Assembly: GCA_964016885.1 (NCBI GenBank)
Contig: OZ024743.1
Location: forward strand, 278,256,001 to 278,320,000
Reading direction: 5' to 3'
Source of the DNA: Eledone cirrhosa
Lineage: Eukaryota
DNA length: 64,000 nt
Shown in pieces: positions 58,099-64,000 of the stretch. Position 1 is the first letter of the stretch. Every line of letters begins with the position of its first letter. The position numbers and the translations under genes are program-made. The notes under the pieces are model-generated. The model did no database searches. It worked only from the letters and a program-made list of their open reading frames with translations, and was not told the origin of the DNA.

Positions 58099-61000
58099 CA
58101 GGTCACTCTTGAGTGCTACTGGTAACATGTAACAACCTGTCGCATGGTCGGGTCGTCGGCGACTAAACTGGCAACCCCACCAACTTTACTTGGTGAGGAG
58201 GGTGATTTTGGACACTCTGCAAAACAAAAACAAAACCTGACAGAGGGTGGAAGAACTGATAGGAGTCAACGGCCTTCCAAAAATTTGTAAATATGTATAT
58301 ACACATGTACATATGTATGTGTATGTATGTACGTGTGTATATGCCTGGGGTGTCAGGGAGGGGCATGTACCTCTGTAGGGGAGGGGATAGCCATGCACTA
58401 TTCAGTACAGCTCGTCCTGCATTGGGTTGCACCTGACACTCAGCTCTCACCTGTGGCACCAAGAAGCTGTAGCATGCGACAGCAGCCACACCCTAGTAAA
58501 CCGCCTTAGCTGGTGGGCCGAACCAGGTTGAGGGTAGCCGGACGGGTCTGAAACTCCCCCCCCCCCCCCCGGTGAGTTAGATAGGAGATGCCTGCCCCTG
58601 CATGCGAAGACTGGACCCGGCGGAGTGAGTGGTGGAGGACAACATCGTCCCAACAGTCACGAAGGCAGCGACAGCAAGCGGAGTGGAGCGCTAGGGTACG
58701 ACAAGGCACTACAGACGGCGTGGCTATCCACTGTAGCCAAGGAAGTCTCTGGTCGAGACGGTCCTCCGTACTACCGGATTCTGGCTTCTGCGGCCGAGTG
58801 AGTGGGGCCGTCACTGTGCACTGGCCTTCCCAATATAAACCTTTCCCGCACAGGTTTCTTCTTTAGCGTGCACCCCCAAAGCCCTGCAGCGATGGGCGAG
58901 AGGCGGAGGTAACAGGTGGAGGTAACCTCTGGGAGTTGCCAGTCTCAAACCCACACGTGGGCGGCCTGGATTCGCAAGTCGTTCTCCTCTTGACCCTGGG
59001 ATCACAGAGGAGATCAGGCATTCCACCGGGCGACTGAGAAGCCATTTTCAGAGGAGCACTGCTCATCCTCGCACGAGGGGAGGGGCGATATAAGAAGCCC
59101 TAACCAAATGCTCGTCCCACACAAAGCCGGAGGAAACTAACATAATAGAAAGAAGAACTTCATCCTTGGCGCATGGAATGTCACACCCTCATGGATAGGG
59201 AAACCTCCTTGAGGCCAGAGAGAAGAACTGCCCTCATAGCAAGGAAATTAGCTCGCTACTGGATCAACATAGCCGCCCTCAGCGAGACTAGACAGACAGA
59301 CAAGTTCAAGACGAGATGGATGCACCCCAGATCCAAACAGTGGCATCTGATTGACTTTGTCATATGCCGCAGGAGGACATCCGTGACGTCAGAATCACCA
59401 GGGCCATGCGTGGTGCAGAGTGTTGGACCAACCATCGCCTTGTCAGGCCCATCCTGTCACTGCACATCACCCCAACGCATCACAAGACTCCGAAAGTCTG
59501 TAGGCCAGCTTTCGACGTCGCACGACTCAAGCAGCCAGAGCATCGTGATGCGTTCGCAGAAGACCTGGACGGCCGGCTGACTGTCCATGGACCACTAACC
59601 GGACCCCAAACTCAACAGTGGGACCAGTACAGGTCGCTGGTGACAGAGTCAGCTAAGGCAACCATCGAGCCGAGGAAGAGAGTCCACCAGGACTGGTTTG
59701 ATGAAAACGATGAGCGCATCAGACAACTTCTGGACGAGAAGAGGAGGGCTTTCATTGAGTGGCAGAATGCCAGCTCCTCCACCTCGAAGCGCGACCGCTT
59801 CAAGCACCTCCAGAGGCCGACCCAAGCAGCACTACGCAGAATGCAGGACAAGTGGTGGGAAAAGAAGGTCGAAGAAGTCGACGAGAGATACGCTGACACA
59901 AAGAACTCCAAGATGTTCTTCAGCGCCGTCAGAGACGTCTACGGACCCCCAAGCCTGTCACCATACCGCTGCTGTCTGCTGACGGCTCGATCCTGCTGAA
60001 GGAGAAGAGCAGAATCAACTCAAGGTGGAGAGAGCACTTCAGCAACCTGCTCAACAGGCCCTCCACTGTTGACACTGCCACCCTCGACGAGGTCCCACAG
60101 AAGCCCATAGTCGGCAGCCTCGACCTCCCCTCCCCCACGTTGTATGAAGTCAGGAAGGCAATCAACCAGACCAGCTCAGAATCATCAAACGGCGTCAAGC
60201 TAGAATGCGTACTGGCTCCGGTCCTCTTCAACCTGTTCTTCACCTGCGTGCTCAATCATGCCGTCAGGGACTTCGAGCACGGAGTGTATCTGCGATATAG
60301 ACTGGACGGCTCCCTGTTTGACCTGCGGTGCCTGACGGCCAAGATAAGGACAGTGCAGAGGATCGTCCTGGAGGCACCTTTTGCTGACGACTGTGCCCTC
60401 ATGGCCCACAGGGAGTCTGACGTCCAATTCATCGTCAACAAGTTCGCGGAGGCCTCCTGCCTCTTCGGTCTCACAATTAGCCTTGGCAAGACTGAGGTCC
60501 TGTTCCAGCCTGCACCTGCCTCTGTCGCCCACCCTCCTTCCAGGTCCATCCGAGGGACCCAGCTAAAGACGGTGGACGGCTTCAAGTACCTCGGCAGTGT
60601 CATCAGCAGCGATGGAAGCCTCGACGAGGAGATAAACGCCAGAATCTGCAAGGCCAGTCAAGCCCTCGGTCACCTGAAGACAAGCGTCCTGAACCAGCAC
60701 AACATCAGGCAGTCCACCAAGCTCAAGGTGTATAGCGCCGTTGTTCTCACCAGCCTCCTCTACGGATGTGAGACATGGACCCTGTGCAGAAGGCACCCGA
60801 AGCAGCTGGAACGGTTTCACATGCGCAGCCTGCGGTCAATCATGAACATCAAATGGCAGGACAAGGTCTCCAACATCGAAGTTCTTGACATGGCTGGGAC
60901 AACCAGTGTCGAAGCTATGATACTGAAGAGCTAACTTCGATGGGTGGGACATATCATCCGGATGGACGATCACAGGCTTCCGAATTAACTGATGTATGGG

Positions 61001-61377
61001 TAACTCTGTTCAGGGAAACGAAAGCGGGGCAGGCCTCTCAAGAGGTTCAAATACTGCTTGAAGTCCAGTATCAACAATACTGGAATCGCGCCAAAACAAC
61101 TCGAGTCTCATGCTCAGGACAGGACTGAGTGGCGAGCCCTTACCAGACGTGCCAAAGACTCTTTTGAAGAGAAGACACGGGCAGAGGTCACTAAGGCCTG
61201 TGAAAGGAGGAGAAAGGCATCAACAACTGCCCAAGCGACTCCGGTCTCTTCCCCTGGCCCCACTGTCCCCGGACCTGCAAATCAAGGATCGGCCTCCACA
61301 GCCACCTTCGTGCCCATGGCAGATGGGAACTGAAAGAAGAAGATGTCACCATCGTTTACGATGGACAACCAAGAAAG
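58099..61377 (+). mobile_element. RTE (BovB-like) LINE with both ends retained and large internal deletions
   Basis: ~1-kb 5' UTR; RPERRTAL, LSETR, WMHPRSKQWHL, QDWFDEND, FADD, FKYLGS, LLYGCETW, terminal finger. Probable TSD attgttt(g/a)gggt at 58087-58098 and 61378-61389. Confidence 0.92.
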
Positions 61378-62423
61378 ATTGTTTAGGGTTCGAGTACCCC
61401 TATTATTTTCGTTACCGTTAATTGTGTGTATGTTAGTGTTTATGTCTATGCTTTGTTTGGGTCTTTGAATGGGTGTGTAATTGTCTCTATCTATACGCAT
61501 GTACTCAATTTTGTCATGGTAATCTGCTCTAGCTAATGTATTACTATAGTATTTAGCCTTGCCATCGAAGAAATCCCTATTAGCTGAGAGTCTAGAGATT
61601 CTCTATTTTACACTTTTGACAATGGCCTTCTTAAGGTTGCGAAGTAGCTAACATAATTGATGTTTTCATTTAATTCATGGTGTGGGTAGTATAGGCCAGA
61701 ATTAAGGTTTAGCGACATATTGAGTTGGCTATTCTATTGTTATTTCCTATTTCTAGTTTAAGACCATAATTGTTAATAAAGTCTATTATTATATTCCTTT
61801 TCCTATTTAGGGCAATGTTGTTATGATTAATTAAAGTGAAAAGAGAGTCATAGCGGTACCTCCGCCCAGTTCCGGCATCCTTCTTTAAATTAGGTGTAAG
61901 ATGTAAACTACCACAAGGTCAGTGACGTGATCTGAGTCTGTAGATTCCACAGTGATGTCGAAGTTTACGGGTCTGTCCGTTCGAATTCCCCGTTAAATTC
62001 TATTATCGTTTTTCTGGCCGTTAGAATAATATTCATTTCCTCACTAGTAAGATCCGTATAATTTATTGCGTATATCAGGGTCTTATTGAGTAGTAGCTAG
62101 CTAGCTATGTCTATTTTTATTAATTTAGTGAACATTTCAATAACCTCGTTGGTTCCATTCCGTTGCCACTCATTTAAAAGAGCTGATAAAAGATCTAGCA
62201 TAGCCCTGTCGGAACTGATTTGATCGCTAAAAGATAAACAAGTGTAATACTCCTTTTTTGGTCAAAACTCTCACATGCTTTTCCATATATAAATGGATCT
62301 ATATATAGAGGGTGTGATCTCTGTACTTGTGTACTACAATTGCCTTACGTCTTTGAAATACGTATAACAAAATAAATAGTGATGTACAAATGAAACCGTC
62401 TTTCTTGTTTATTATTGTATATA

Positions 62424-62463
<40 letters not shown>

Positions 62464-62554
62464 GAGGTTATATTTAATTTGTTGGGATTCAACAAGCTTA
62501 AAAAATGTTTATAACTGATATAAAGCACTCAACAGTTGGTGGAGTAAATATATA

Positions 62555-62812
62555 ATATATTAATAAATGGTAACTATATCTATAAAACGATAATTATTTT
62601 ATTTTATATATATTTCAAGGGCGACCAAGGTAAATTATGGTGCGCTTTCATCAGATAAAATACAGATTTGTTTTATGAAAAAATATTGACATACCCGGAA
62701 AATCTGTATTTTATCTGATGAAAGCGCACCATAATTTACCTTGGTCGCCCTTGAAATATATATAATAAAATAATTATGGTTTTATAAATATAGTTTCCAT
62801 TTATTAATATAT
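62555..62812. repeat. Inverted repeat (~110 bp arms) with a hammerhead in each arm
   Basis: ~62555-62669 vs ~62700-62812. Confidence 0.85.
62707..62772 (+). ncRNA. Minimal type I hammerhead ribozyme with intact core
   Basis: UAUUUUAU-CUGAUGA-AAGCGCACCA..UGGUCGCCCUU-GAAAU-AUAU-AUA|AUAAAAUA; 8-bp stem I. Confidence 0.72.
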
Positions 62813-62825
62813 TGTATATATATAT

Positions 62826-62939
<114 letters not shown>

Positions 62940-63115
62940 GATGTAAATATGTGTTTCTTTCTCACATACTGTTAAGTTATTACTCTCTTCACTCATGTCC
63001 TCCCACCTATCTACTTTTTTATATATCTGACAGTCTATCTATTTATATTCTTATTTATCTATTTTGTCACTCGCTTCTCTCTCTGTATGTCTCTTTCTCC
63101 CTCCCCCCCTCTCTC

Positions 63116-63203
<88 letters not shown>

Positions 63204-64000
63204 TACACATATATACATATTTGTGTTTCTTGCGTATTTCTCTCTATTCTCATTTGTTTGTGTATTTGCTTGTCTCTAAAATCTCTGTTCTGTTTGCCAT
63301 CTTATTCATCAACCCACCACAGCCATCCACATATACACACGCACACCGGCACATAGACATACATACACATACATATGTGCTTATATGTGAACGTGCATGT
63401 TTAATGTAATTTTGATTCAATTATGAAATAGTATATGAAAATAGAGGCACCCGAACGAACAGCCTTCTGTTGGCGTTACTCTCTTTATTAGATTTACTAC
63501 TTTAACCGATGTTTAAGTAGTATTAGAAGGTTACTCCGACATTTCCTATTGCCAAATACGTAAAACAAACTTTTCCTCTCATAACCTCATAATTTATCCT
63601 TTTTATTCTTCACAATTCTTAATGCCAGAGAGTAATTGTTATTGACATTTCTCTATTACTAATGCGAATTAAAACAAATATGTATCGCTACTCAAATATG
63701 TAAATGCATCTGCTATATAATTAGCGTAATGCACAGGATCAAATATCGCACGATTAACATTAAATACATCGATAAAGTAATTTAAAGTCTGAAGCTTATT
63801 AAGCGCCATGTCATACAGAATCAATGAAATAATCTATGACGTAATTTCAAACAAATCAAACACAAATATATTCAATATGGCGATATTGATCTGAAGATGT
63901 TACTATTTAGTTCAAGACATTCTGATCAAGGAGACTGATGATGAAGATGTTGACCTCGTAACTCTACAATCATTTTTTAGTCGCAGTGTAATGAGTACTA

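Larger units (their letters stand above)
56745..62410 (-). mobile_element. Decayed Penelope-like element (RT + GIY-YIG + pseudo-LTR) split by an RTE insertion, with an inverted 3'-end copy
   Basis: RT at 61380-62150 (FDIT..DLV..YRYDSL, LNLNSGLYYP, RISRLSAN). Linker/EN at 57224-58050 (VLWYNAP, IKLSYS, NIVY, CDLCTAE). 62200-62410 is an inverted copy of 57340-57465 and 56745-56822. Confidence 0.82.

Overview
Eukaryotic, very AT-rich, microsatellite-saturated animal DNA. The SINE family and (TA)n/(CA)n load resemble Octopus (inference, not verified). I recognise no intact host gene; only two or three weak splice-bounded exon candidates. The window is a stack of mobile elements: tRNA-headed SINEs, three RTE-clade LINE families, a Tx1/L1-group family, a CRE-like RLE retrotransposon, Penelope-like elements (GIY-YIG with a CxCx5Cx5C linker) with inverted pseudo-LTRs, and two non-autonomous Helitrons. 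Two tandem duplications organise it: about 1-12.35 kb vs 15.8-36.4 kb, and a ~4.84 kb pair at 43.2-53.4 kb. The most striking item is a ~4.5-unit tandem array of ~480-530 bp repeats at 6.3-8.5 kb. Each full unit carries a minimal type I hammerhead ribozyme on the minus strand plus an octamer motif, and the array is bounded by a probable target-site duplication, so it is a candidate retrozyme/circRNA system. Also notable are several further hammerhead motifs from distinct families and a Tx1 family repeatedly inserted next to (AAT)n. All alignments and folds were done by eye.
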